This document shows, piece by piece, positions 13,201 to 26,699 of a DNA stretch of 64,000 bases; positions within the stretch are counted from its first letter, which is position 1, and every line of letters begins with the position of its first letter. The DNA is from Chrysomallon squamiferum (Eukaryota > Animalia > Mollusca), in NCBI GenBank assembly GCA_012295275.1, contig CM022677.1, positions 27,032,001-27,096,000 of the forward strand, given 5' to 3'. Under the pieces are notes generated by a model that was not told the origin of the DNA, made no database searches, and worked only from the letters and a program-made list of their open reading frames with translations. The position numbers and the translations under genes were made by a program.

Positions 13201-16200
13201 TTCATATTCTCAGGTGCAAAACTGCCAGAAAAGAAGAAAGATGAAAAAGGTGAGATAAAGAATTGCAAGAACTGAACATTTTGTCTATCTCTTGACACTT
13301 ATCATTATTGCTCTTATTTTTGCACCTCTCAGTGTACATTTACTAGTCATTTCTACTTTTTTATCAATGTGCGTATGGCCCTGATTCTTATAACATGTCT
13401 TAGCATTTGTACTACAGACTCTTAAATCACCTTCCAATACTGTGTTACAAAGACCCAGGAATAAACAAATATGAATAATGAGTAGATACGTAAATATGAT
13501 AGATAAAAGGAAGGGCGTTTACAAATAAAGATACACTTATATATAGTAAAGAGAAAAGAAAGGAGGAGTAGAGAGGATTAATAGTATTCTATTTTCTTAG
13601 GGACAAAAGTTCCAGAAAAGCCGGAAGATAAGAAAAGTGAGTTGAACACACACATATACGTTAGCCTCTTTGTTTTCTTCCAGACAGGTCTTTTCATATC
13701 TAGCTTCTCTAATATCTCCCTCTACTCTTGTCTGTCTTTGACTCAGTCTGTCGCTAACGACATTTGTCTATGAAGGTACCACAGCAACAGTTACAGAAAT
13801 CCGCCATATTTATCCCCCGATGTGGTAAAGACAAAACCCTAACAGCAATAATACCATGGACCCAAATGTTCATTGCTCAATGACAAATTATGTGTTTTGA
13901 CGTAGATTCACTGACTAAGCAGGACTAAACTCAGTAAATGTTTTAAAAGTTACAAAACTTCGAACAGTTCACAGCAAATATGCCGTCCTTGCAAATATGC
14001 AAAGAGCATTTCACAGAATAACCTACAACGTGGTGTTAACAGAAATAAAGTAAAGCAAACAACCATCAGTATGCAACCAGCAAACGTAGTAACTTTTTTT
14101 ACATTTCAGATAAAGAAGATTGGTGCAAACATGTCTATGCAGCGATGTTAGCTAGATGTGTTAATAGTACTGGTCACACAAACGATACAATGGCGATTAT
14201 GCTTTCTCGTGGGCAAGAAGGTTCTATTCCGAAAGGGGAATCGATTTTCACATTCAGAAAAAGCACTGCACGTAAGTGTATTTTCCGATGTTTTCAATTA
14301 GATGTGTTTGTATTTGATTTCTTATACGTGCAGGCATGCATATATGGCTGAACATAGTTCAGTAGGTATGCACCCGCATATATCTGTTTTTGAATAACTA
14401 TTTTCTATCAGTGCTTTTCATACATGCATTGAATAATCGTTTTTATTCTTTTCTTCTTTTTTTTTTTTTTTTCAATTTTTTTCTAATGTTCATTCTGAAA
14501 CTTGTAGGAAAACTAAGATCAATTTGGTAACAAAGTGTTTCCAAGATGCTGCTGATACCACAGAGCAAAATGATAAATGTAAAGGTTTAATTGGAGATAA
14601 AATCCAGAAAGACGCGAAAAATAAATCATCGGAATATAAAATATTTTGCGATGCTGGTAAGTAGACTGTCGGATCTCTTTTTAAAGTCAATAAACTCTAA
14701 CAGTAAATTGTCTAGTTGACATGAAATCATGTGATGACATCGATATAATACATACTTATATAGGTATCTATTAAATTGTTTTATTTGTCATCTGTACATT
14801 TTTGTTAGTAACCGATTCCTATTTTTGATGCTTCTGTTCGCCATTCCAAAATCTTAAATTAAAGAAAAAAATCTTGCGTTTGAGAAAAAGATAATTCTTC
14901 CTTCATATTCTCAGGTGCAAAACTGCCAGAAAAGAAGAAAGATGAAAAAGGTGAGATAAAGAATTGCAAGAACTGAACATTTTGTCTATCTCTTGACACT
15001 TATCTTTATTGCTCTTATTTTTGCACCTCTCAGTGTACATTTACTAGTCATTTCTACTTTTTTATCAATGTGTGTATGGCCCTGATTCTTATAACATGTC
15101 TTAGCATTTGTACTACAGACTCTTAAATCACCTTCCAATACTGTGTTACAAAGACCCAGGAATAAGCAAATATGAATAATGAGTAGATACGTAAATATGA
15201 TAGATAAAAGGAAGGGCGTTTACAAATAAAGATACACTTATATATAGTAAAGAGAAAAGAAAGGAGGAGTAGAGAGGATTAATAGTATTCTATTTTCTTA
15301 GGGACAAAAGTTCCAGAAAAGCCGGAAGATAAGAAAAGTGAGTTGAACACACACATATACGTTAGCCTTTTTGTTTTCTTCCAGACAGGTCTTTTCATAT
15401 CTAGCTTCTCTAATATCTCCCTCTACTCTTGTCTGTCTTTGACTCAGTCTGTCGCTAACGACATTTGTCTATGAAGGTACCACAGCAACAGTTACAGAAA
15501 TCCGCCATATTTATCCCCCGATGTGGTAAACACAAAACCGTAACAGCAATAATACCGTGGACCCAAATGTTCATTGCTCAATGACAAATTATGTGTTTTG
15601 ACGTAGATTCACTGACTAAGCAGGGCTAAACTCAGTAAATGTTTTAAAAGTTACAAAACTTCGAACAGTTCACAGAAAATATGCCGTCCTTGCAAATATG
15701 CAAAGAGCATTTCACAGAATAACCTACAACGTGGTGTTAACAGAAATAAAGTAAAGCAAACAACCATCAGTATGCAACCAGCAAACGTAGTAACTTTTTT
15801 TACATTTCAGATAAAGAAGATTGGTGCAAACATGTCTATGCAGCGATGTTAGCTAGATGTGTTAATAGTACTGGTCACACAAACGATACAATGGCGATTA
15901 TGCTTTCTCGTGGGCAAGAAGGTTCTATTCCGAAAGGGGAATCGATTTTCACATTCAGAAAAAAGCACTGCACGTAAGTGTATTTTCCGATGTTTTCAAT
16001 TAGATGTGTTTGTATTTGATTTCTTATACGTGCAGGCATGCATATATGGCTGAATATGGTTCAGTAGGTATGCACCCGCATATATCTGTTTTTGAATAAC
16101 TATTTTCTATCAGTGCTTTTCATACATGCATTGAATAATCGTTTTTATTCTTTTCTTCTTTCTTTTTTTTCTTTCAATTTTTTTCTAATGTTCATTCTGA

Positions 16201-17327
16201 AACTTGTAGGAAAACTAAGATAAGTTTGGTAACAAAGTGTTTCCAAGATGCTGCTGATACCACAGAGCAAAATGATAAATGTAAAGGTTTAATTGGAGAT
16301 AAAATCCAGAAAGACGCGAAAAATAAATCATCGGAATATAAAATATTTTGCGATGCTGGTAAGTAGACTGTCGGATCTCTTTTTAAAGTCAATAAACTCT
16401 AACAGTAAATTGTCTAGTTGACATGAAATCATGTGATGACATCGATATAATACATACTTATATCCAGTTATATAGGTATCTATTAAATAGTTTTATTTCT
16501 CATCTGTACATTTTTGTTAGTAACCGATTCCTATTTTTGATGCTTCTGTTCGCCATTCCAAAATCTTAAATTAAAGAAAAAAATCTTGCGTTTGAGAAAA
16601 AGATAATTCTTCCTTCATATTCTCAGGTGCAAAACTGCCAGAAAAGAAGAAAGATGAAAAAGGTGAGATAAAGAATTGCAAGAACTGAACATTTTGTCTA
16701 TCTCTTGACACTTATCATTATTGCTCTTATTTTTGCACCTCTCAGTGTACATTTACTAGTCATTTCTACTTTTTTATGAATGTGCGTATGGCCCTGATTC
16801 TTATAACATGTCTTAGCATTTGTACTACAGACTCTTAAATCACCTTCCAATACTGTGTTACAAAGACCCAGGAATAAACAAATATGAATAATGAGTAGAT
16901 ACGTAAATATGATAGATAAAAGGAAGGGCGTTTACAAATAAAGATACACTTATATATAGTAAAGAGAAAAGAAAGGAGGAGTAGAGAGGATTAATAGTAT
17001 TCTATTTTCTTAGGGACAAAAGTTCCAGAAAAGCGGAAAGACAAGAAAAGTGAGTTGAACACACACATATACGTTAGCCTTTTTGTTTTCTTCCAGACTG
17101 GCCTTTTCATATCTAGCTTTTCTAATATCTACCTCTACTCTTGTCTGTCTTTGACTCAGTCTGCAGCTAAGGACATTTGTCTATGAAGCTGTAGGTAACC
17201 CACAAACTGCAACATAATATCATGAAGGTTTGCACATGTTGACTGTGTCTTTTCATATACATAGAGAGAGAAAACCTACGGAGAACTAAAGAGATTAATA
17301 GAAATATAAAAAAGACGCACGTAAAGC

Positions 17328-17364
<37 letters not shown>

Positions 17365-20184
17365 ACATCCTTTAAATATATGGGGAATGCATAGAGAAAA
17401 AGACAGGTGAAAGAGATTAATATTGTTTTACTTTTCATCTTTTGCAGAAATTAAAGAGAAAGGTAAGATCAGCTATTTCTTATCTGTATATTGTCATCGT
17501 TGTAGTGTATATTTATATTGCTCTGTCTTTGTATATGCCTCAGCATGTAAATGTGTCTGCGTGTATATATGTGTATTGATGGATGTATGAATGTATGTAT
17601 GTTTCTCTGTTTATCGTTCAGTTATTGTGGCTAGATGTGATTACTAGATTATTAATTATATATATATTGGTAGATAATTAGATCGATAATTAGGTAGATA
17701 GACAGACAAACCGATAGATTAGATGTACTGTTAGGTAGATAGGTATGTGGACTGACATTCTGACTGACATTCTGACGGACATTCTGACGGACATTCTGAC
17801 GGACATTAGGACATATAAAGACGGGGGGGGTTGAGACAGAAAGAATCGAATGAGACTAATATTATAAGTTTTGTGGGGTTTTGTTTTTGTTTTTTGGGGG
17901 CGTTTTTAATTTTTCAGGTACGAAAGACCTGCCCAGTGGGACGTACAAGAAAGGTTAGATCTGAAATTGTGCCACTTAGCTGTTTCCTGCTTCGAGGCTG
18001 TCACGTCTCTCGTTTATTTATCTCTTACTTCATTTTCTTCTTTGAGTTTCAGTTGTTCTCTGTCTTTTTCTCACCTTATCTGTATCCATTTATGCGGTTA
18101 GATAATTATGCTATTTTCACATATCTAGCATTATCTATCTGTGTATCCATTTGCATGTGCAGATCTTAAAAAAAGACGCAAAAGTAAAAATATATAGCCA
18201 GGTGAATATTAACATAGATGGGTAGCTGAAAATGAAATAGATATATGAAGAGATACACGAAAAAAAAAGAAAAAAAAAGGGGGAAATGCTTACAGAAAGA
18301 TTCACAGAGAGAAAATAATATACATATATAAAAATAGATACATAGACGTATTGATTGACTGATCTATCGATGGAGGGAGGGAGGGAGGGAGGGGGGTACT
18401 CTTAGCAGAGAAGCGAGAAAGAACCCACAGAGATGTCAGTATTATTTGATTTTCTTTTTCAGGTGACAAATCTCTTCCAACATCGAAGGGTAAAATAAGT
18501 GAGATTTGTTCTGTGTTTGTGTCTGTAAATTTATAAACACATACAGACAGACAGACATAAATATATACATGCATACATTTACATATGAACATACATTCAT
18601 ATACACATATATACATGTATATACATACATACATACAAACATATTAGTATACTTCATATGCATACATACAATTTTATTTTTTATTTTTTTATTTTGTTAT
18701 TATTTTTATTTTTTTTTCAGATATATCTGTCAAGATAAATGGATCCCATACTGCAGTTCTGGGACAGGACTACATGCTGTCATGTACTGTGTTTCCCGCA
18801 TCACTGATAAAATCCTCTTTAACTTTCCAAATATTTACTAAACTGCAATTTACTTCAGTGTGTACAGTTCTTAGGTCTTGCAATGAAAACCTTGCCACGG
18901 CAGGACTTCTTTGTAAATGTGAGAAACAGACTGGTGGCAGCAGAGTCTATGTTTTAATGATGCGAAATATAACAGAGGTGGATATGACTTGGAGGTGTCA
19001 GTTCGGAAAACAATTCAGCGACGTTCTAGTTGTTACGAATGCAGCAAGTAAGACACAAAGGAGCAGTTTGTACTGATTAAATGACTTCAAAAATAAGAAA
19101 ATAAAAATCCATTCACCTATTCACCCAGTCTTTCAGTCATACATACATACATACACATACACATACATACATACATACATACACATACATACATACATAC
19201 ATACATACACACATAAATGCATACATCTACACATAGATACAAAGATACGTACGTTCGAATCCACGTGTGTTTGTATTTTTATATAAACATGTATTTCTGT
19301 ATATATTTATATATATATGTAATCTGTATGTATGTATGTATGTATTTTTCATATGAAATGTATGTGTGTATGTATGTGTGTATGTATTTTTCATATGAAT
19401 GTTTGTATGTATGTATGTATGTGTGTATGTATGTGTATGTATGTGTGTATGTATTTTTCATATGAATGTTTGTATGTGTGTATGTATGTGTGTATGTATT
19501 TTTCAGATGAATGTATGTATGTGTGTATGTGTGTATGTATTTTTCATATGAATGTATGTGTGTGTATGTGTGTGTGTATTTTTCATATGAATGTATGTGT
19601 GTGTATGTGTGTGTGTATTTTTCATATGAATGTATGTATGTATGTATGTATTTTTCATATGAATGTTTGTATGTGTGTGTGTATTTATGTGTGTATGCAG
19701 GAGAAGATCGAATGAGATACGAAGGAGAACAGAGAAATTTACTTTCTTTTTCTGTTTTTTCTTTTTCTTTTCTTTTTTCTTTCTCTTTCTCGTTCTGGAG
19801 GCCTATCAAACCAGACAACACAAGGTGAGTCCTAATTATTTCTGAATTAGCTATTTCTTCTTTCTGGATGTCCGTTCATACAGTTAATCCATTTCTATGT
19901 CTTACCTGTTTTTTCCCTTTTTGTCTTTCTCCATGAATCCATTCAAATATCTGTCTCTCTAAAGATCTTTCTTTATATCGTCATATGTAACTGTATCAGA
20001 CTGACAGACAGACTGACCGAATGACACTGTCAGAATGACAGATGTATGTAGATTGGAAGATACATACATATATACACTTTTATGCACCCACACACATGCA
20101 TGCACTTACACCATAAACATACATATACATATAAACCTATTCATACATACTCACATACAGGCGCACATAGACATACACATACAT

Positions 20185-20235
<51 letters not shown>

Positions 20236-21098
20236 TAGAGAAGACTATAGTGTGAAAAAAAACGATGCTAATACTCAGGTTTAGAAAACGTTTCAGTTCC
20301 AACAGATACCACGGGTGTCTCAAACGAAACAGAAGGTAAGATCTCTTCTATTTTCGGTTCAAATTAATGTCTATGCTAATATCTATGCTTATTGCCACTT
20401 TCCTGTATGTGTCTCTCAGCGAATACACGAATACACGCAAATCAACAGACAGAGAGCTGGACAGGCAGATATTTAAGTGAGTGTGTGTATGGTTGTGTGG
20501 ATGTGTGTTGTCTATCTATCTATCAATATATTGGTTTGCATAGATAGGGTGTGTCGGAAAGGCTGTCAAAAGCTGCATGAATCATTCATTTCTTGCGTCT
20601 TCAATAAATATTGTTTTTGTTTTCTCTCTAATTCTAGAATGCATCAACTTACCTGTCCTTCTATCTCTATGTCTGTTTATGTATGTGTGTATCTATCTTG
20701 TCTAACGTAATGTCAAATACAGAATGAGAGATAATGTTTTAATTAATTAGTTAATTAGTTCGTTAGTAAGTTAGTTAGTTAGTTAGTTAGTTTGAGACAT
20801 ACGGAATAATGTTAATATTATTTAATTTATTCCACTTCAGAGGTTGGTCGGAATTTGTCATTCAGTAAAAAGGGTGAGATAAAAACTAGTTAACTATTTT
20901 GTCTTTCCAGATATGCAGCTAGATTTACATACCCTTTTCAATGTCGTTTTATCATTCTCTCAATCTCTGCTTATCATCTGCATCCCTCCTTGAGCTCTAA
21001 CTTCAGTTTTTAAATCTCTCTGCCTCTTTAACTATCTATATTTTAAATATTTTCATCAAACTATTCAAATATTTATAAAGAAAGATAAAACGTGAGAC

Positions 21099-21190
<92 letters not shown>

Positions 21191-24100
21191 ATAGACAGAT
21201 AGCGATAGAATGAAAATTATATTATTTTATTTATTCAGCGTCAAAGAATCATTCAAAAGATGATCAACGTGAGTTAATTAACCATTTCTTCCTTTCAAAT
21301 ACTGACATAATTTTACAAATATGCCTACATACATACATACATACATACATACATACATGCATAGACACATGCATGCACATAAACATGCATATTTATATAC
21401 ATACATAATTTTATTTTTGCAGAAATAGACATTCCTCCATATGAAGAACTTCCACAAGGTTAGTTAAAAATATGTGTGTGTGCGTGTGTGTGTGTGTGTG
21501 TATGTGTGTGTGTGTGTGTGGAAGACAGATAATTTGTGTTTATGAACATACGTGTATATATATATATATATATCTTTGTGTTTTTGTTTGTACGTGTATA
21601 TGCATTTGTATGTATATATATATATATATATAAGTGTGTGTGTGTATGTATATCTGTATAGCTGTATTTGTGTTAATGTATGTTTATGCTTGGATGTATG
21701 TGTATGTTTGTAAGTGTGTCTATGTGTGTGTATGTGTCTGTATGTGTGTCTATGTGTGTGTATCTGTCTGTATGTGTGTGTATTTGTGTCTGAGCTCTTG
21801 TTAGTTACAGGACAAAATATTAACATTATTTTATTTTTGTATATTTTCAGTTAAAGGCCTTCTGTGGTATATCCTTTTGGCTTTCGTCTTGCTTACTCTT
21901 CTCCTCGCGTGTATTGCAGTAGCTTGTCTTGCCAGACGAAGGTATTGCATTTATTTCGTTTTGTTTCTTTATGCGGTTTTCGATTTAATTTGTCTGGATA
22001 AATCTTAAATGTTTGTTTATATATTTGTTATAGTTGTGTGTGTGTGTGTGTGTGTGTGCGTGTGTGTGTGTGTGTGTTATTGTTATATCTTTATTTTCCT
22101 TCTTCTTAATTCATTATTTCATTTATGTGTTTATTAACCAATATCATTTTTTTTTATTATTATTATTTATTACTTTATTCGTTCATTTACTTTTTTACGT
22201 ACTTACTTATTTCTGTTTGTCTATTCGTTATTAAGTTAATTATAACTTTAATACTTATTAATATTTGAATTTATTTTGTTCATGTATTTATTCATTCATT
22301 TATTCAAGCATTTATTAATTTACTTATTTACTTATTAGATCGAAATATACTGAAGTGAAGATTACTAAATCTACAAAGGAAAAGCTAAAACCAAAAATGA
22401 AACCGAAACCGGTTTTGGGATCCAAAATAGCACCAACAAAAATAGGTAAGAAAGCAAAAAAGAAAGCAGGAAAAGATAAGAAGTCTAAAGCTGATAAGAA
22501 AGGAGACAAGGATAAGAAGTCTAAAACTGATAAGAAAGGAGACAAGGATAAGAAGTCTAAAACTGATAAGAAAGGAGACAAGGATAAGAAGTCTAAAGCT
22601 GATAAGAAAGGAGAAAAGGGTAAGAAACCTAAAGGTCATAAAATCGCAAAAACGAAGAAGAAACATAGAATTGTATCTAATCTTTTACGCAAGAGGCAAC
22701 GCAAACCAGATAAGATTGAAAAACCTAAGAAGAAACCTAAACCTGAAAGGATTCCACACAAGAAAAAACATGACAAGAAGTCTAAGAAAGGAGAAAAGGA
22801 TAAGAAACCTAAAGGTCATAGAATCGCAAAAACGAAGAAGAAACGTAGAATTGTAACTAATCTTTTACGCAAGAGGCAACGCCAACCAGATAAGATTGAA
22901 AAACCTAAGAAGAAACCTAAACCTGAAAGGATTCCACACAAGAAAAAACATGACAAGAAGTCTAAGAAAGGAGAAAAGGATAAGAAACCTAAAGGTCATA
23001 AAATCGCAAAAACGAAGAAACACAGAATTGTATCTAATCTTTTACGCAAGAGGCAACGCAAACCAGATAAGATTGAAAAACCTAAGAAGAAACCTAAACC
23101 TGAAAGGATTCCACACAAGAAAAAACATGACAAGAAGTCTAAGAAAGGAGAAAAGGATAAGAAACCTAAAGGTCATAGAATCGCAAAAACGAAGAAGAAA
23201 CGTAGAATTGTAACTAATCTTTTACGCAAGAGGCAACGCCAACCAGATAAGATTGAAAAACCTAAGAAGAAACCTAAACCTGAAAGGATTCCACACAAGA
23301 AAAAACATGACAAGAAGTCTAAGAAACCTAAAGGTCATAAAATCGTAAAACCGAAGAAGAAACATAGAATTGTGGCTAATCTTTTACGCAAGAGGCAACG
23401 CAAACCAGATAAGATTGAAAAACCTAAGAAGAAACCTAAACCTGAAAGGATTCCACACAAGAAAAAACATGACAAGAAGTCTAAGAAAGGAGAAAAGGAT
23501 AAGAAACCTAAAGGTCATAGAATCGCAAAAACGAAGAAGAAACGTAGAATTGTATCTAATCTTTTACGCAAGAGGCAACGCCAACCAGATAAGATTGAAA
23601 AACCTAAGAAGAAACCTAAACCTGAAAGGATTCCACACAAGAAAAAGCATGACAAGAAATCTAAGAAAGGAGAAAAGGATAATAAACCTAAAGGTCATAG
23701 AATCGTAAAAACGAAGAAGAAACGTAGAATTATAGCTAATCTTTTACACAAGAAGCAACGCCAACCAGATAAGATTGAAAAACCTAAAAAGAAGAAGTTT
23801 CTTGGAATTAAGAAGCTAGATAAGAAGAAGAAACAAAAACTGCTTCAAACTTCTAAAAACTTCAGTACTCTTTTATACAAGAAGATACCAAAGAATCTAA
23901 AAAAGAAGAAAAAACCTAAAACCGATGAGAATCCATATAAACCGAAGAAATCTTACCATATTGGAAATCTCATAAACAGATCGTATTCGGAGTCCATTCT
24001 AAAACCTATGATTCTCGGGAATAAAAAAAAGAAGAAGAAAGCTGAAACTGGAAAGAAGAGTAAAGCTAAGACTGATAAGAATAAGAAGAAGAAGCCTAAA

Positions 24101-24562
24101 AGTGACAAGCAGAGCGTACCCACAACTGGAAGGAAAAAAAGAAAGAAGAGAAAACCCAAAATTCTAAATACAAACATACACATAACCAGCTACGTACACA
24201 AGAAGAAACACCGGAGGCGAAAAAAGACGCTGCCGTCTAGATTCAGGAAATCTCTTCCGTTTGCTGCGAGCAGTGGTCAGGACAGGAAGAGGAGTAAGCT
24301 GTTATCATGGTCAATATTAAACAGTGACAGGAACAAAAAGAGAAGGAAATCTTTTCGAAAATTTGGCGTTCCTGTTTATTACCTTAAAAAGAAACACGGT
24401 TTAACTGGCAACATGAAAAGAAAGAAACGTAAATCTGGTAAGAATCGAGAAGAGAAGAAAAAACGTAAACGTCATAGACATCGAGGATTGAGGAATCGAG
24501 TTAAAATTCGCAAGAAGAAACAGATGAAATTGTCACTAATTGATGAAGAGGACGATGATTGA
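2451..24562 (+). CDS. Gene 1 (5'-partial, multi-exon): repeat-built type I membrane protein, [six-Cys domain+TSP1]x3 - [six-Cys domain+K-rich linker]x6 - Ig - stalk - TM - ~740-aa Lys-rich tail
   Basis: GT-AG exons splice in frame except three -1 copies. Unit type 1: A 2451-2613, B 2858-3006, C 3233-3424 (A also at 4055, 5660). Unit type 2: A at 7265, 8976, 10685, 12395, 14110, 15811, each with B and microexons D and E. Then 17448-17462, 17918-17953, 18463-18498, Ig 18721-19047, 19801-19824, 20279-20335, 20841-20873, 21239-21268, 21423-21458, TM 21851-21941 and terminal exon 22339-24562 (phase 2, in frame with ORF 22355). AATAAA at 24791 and 24831. Confidence 0.8.
3233..3424 (+). CDS. TSP1 (thrombospondin type 1) exon of gene 1; identical copies at 4837-5028 and 6442-6633
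   Basis: Phase 1-1, 192 nt: VSGEWNEWTKEHEKCNNTCGVGTAVVSKIRTCKKLPDTGNKLKLCIGDSNKTEYESCDTTQLCK, with WxxW, CxxTCG, RxC and six Cys. Confidence 0.9.
7265..17165 (+). repeat. Tandem array type 2, ~1700-1715-bp unit (exons A, B and 36-nt microexons D, E), 6 copies
   Basis: Exon A at 7265, 8976, 10685, 12395, 14110, 15811. D (e.g. 8080-8115) = GAKLPEKKKDEK and E (e.g. 8467-8502) = GTKVPEKPEDKK. Introns are near-identical between copies. Confidence 0.95.
18721..19047 (+). CDS. Ig-like domain exon of gene 1
   Basis: Phase 1-1, 327 nt: ISVKINGSHTAVLGQDYMLSCTV...YVLMMRNITEVDMTWRCQFG. It has a B-strand LxC, an E-F strand pattern with WxC, and extra Cys. Confidence 0.75.
21851..21941 (+). CDS. Transmembrane exon of gene 1
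   Basis: ttttcag|...|gtattg; translates VKGLLWYILLAFVLLTLLLACIAVACLARRR, a hydrophobic helix followed by a basic stop-transfer; the phase 2 end fits the next exon. Confidence 0.85.
22339..24562 (+). CDS. Terminal exon of gene 1: Lys-rich basic repetitive cytoplasmic tail with a short acidic C-terminus (LIDEEDDD)
   Basis: 735-aa open frame. The acceptor cttattag at 22338 places it in frame after the TM exon. Internal repeats: 36-nt x4 and ~180-nt x~6.5. Confidence 0.85.
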
Positions 24563-25129
24563 AAAAAAAAAAAAAAGGACTAAATCTAAAGGTTTTAGGT
24601 TTGGTCCGAAAAAAGACATGATAAGACAAAGAACTGTCATCTACAGTTCACATTTAACACAAGATCGGAATTTTTTTTCTTACATAGATTTTCATTTATT
24701 GTTACTGCTTGATAACTTTTGTTTATGCTGTTATTTATTTATTTATTTATTTGTCTACTATCATATGTTGTTAGTAGTTAAGAAATTCTTAATAAATGTT
24801 TATGATACGAAACTAAATTAACAAATAAGTAATAAACAACTTCTAAGATTAACTGATTTTCTGTTAGGTATTCGTTCTTCTTTCTCAGAAGACACACAAA
24901 CACACATATTTTATCTCTAGAATGGTGTATCTATTTATCTATCCCTCTGAAACTCACAGTTGAAACTCTTTCACTGTGTCTAGGAAATAGTTCAAATAAA
25001 TTTGAAATATGTTTCTGGCTATATCATTATTGCAAGGATAAAATATATTTAAATGTGCTTTATTCAAGCACCTTCTTATCATAATGCATAGTTTTTCTTT
25101 TAAATTATTGTAAATTGTTTTTGCTGCCG

Positions 25130-25206
<77 letters not shown>

Positions 25207-25814
25207 TTAAATAGTATTTATCTAATTGTTTATTTTATTATTTTAAAAAGTTATTATTTCCTCTGAACGTTGATAAAATTATTGTTATTGTCATTGCTTT
25301 TTGTTGTTTTCTTCTTGTTGTTATTTTGTTTCTTTCTTATCCATGATAGAATCATATTTCATTTGATAAGTAACACACAAACAAGAGTACAATTTGTGTT
25401 ATTTATTAATTAATAAAATATATTTTCTAATCATGCACAAGAAAATAAAAACAACTAAATTATTTACATTTTTCGAGAAACCTGAGTTAAAATACGGAAT
25501 CAGTCAACTGAATACGAATTCAAGACTGAATCAGTCACGGTCACGGAAGAATCAAGCAATTAGGTTAATATAAGTTGTATGTTATGTTTTCAATATATAT
25601 ATATATATTAAACAAATACGCCATTAATGACACAGATTACAATGCATAATGACGGTACCAAAAAGAATGGAGAAACGTGTGTTGCCATTTCAGCTGCCAA
25701 ATGCTTATCAAATCAAGGGCAAAGTTTCAAGGTGTTGCAAGCGCCCACTTCTTCATATCATATACATATATACATATACATATATACATATACATATATA
25801 CATATATACATATA

Positions 25815-25847
<33 letters not shown>

Positions 25848-26699
25848 ACATATATACATATATATGGGATGTGGGATATGTGAACTCTTTTCACGTGCCC
25901 ACGTCCAAATCAACGTTGAGGCACGCCTATTTCAGATCCTGTCTCTGATGGGTCCCGGGACAGGAGAGGGTTAGGGGAGGGGCTGAAATGTTTGAAGGGG
26001 TAATTTGCAAAAAGTATTAAGTGCTTTTCGGTGAACAAGAAGCAGAAGAGTCTTAAACAACAAAACAAAAAAAAAAAAAAAAAAAATAAAAAAATAAACA
26101 TTTTAAAAAATGATTGTTGTATTTATAAGTGGGAATTGCGCTGTTTTCATTAAGATTATTGTATTATTTGTTTGTTAGTAGCCGCTCATTCAGGTTTTTC
26201 GAATGGACTTTCTAAGACGTAATGAGGAAAATGAGGAAGAGAATTAAACAAGAAAAGTAATTTTTTTTTTTTTTGTTTTCTTTAATTTACTTTATTTCAT
26301 TTCAGTTCATTTCGTTTTATTTTTGGGTAAGCGAGTCGTGCAGGTTTAGTGTCGCCTTCTTGTACAGATATGTATTCAGAGCTGCTGGACTGCTGGACTG
26401 TGAATGTGTTTAGAGTTGAAACAGAGGATAGACAGATCTCAGGAGTATATTGACTTAAAGAGTAGCGGGAGCACGCCTGGTGAGGGTGGAGAACGGAAAG
26501 GACGCCGGGTGTGGTGGGCGTGGCTGGTGGAAGAGAGGAGGCAGCACCACCAGGTGTCGTCCCACCTGGTGCACCCCACACACACACAACCACGCCAGCA
26601 TCCCCTGCTTCATGACACCAAACATGCGCTGGCAGATTCTATATTGTAACTTCTGTCGCTCCGCCATATTCTAGTATTCTATTATTAGATTATCCACTT

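Noticed and set aside
22355-24562. Stand-alone histone H1 or protamine-like gene
   Set aside because: No H1 winged-helix domain, the ORF starts at GTG, and an in-frame acceptor links it to the TM exon.
26297-26674. GC-rich overlapping ORFs as a gene
   Set aside because: No recognisable domain or consistent exon chain; likely repeat-derived sequence next to the LINE fragment.
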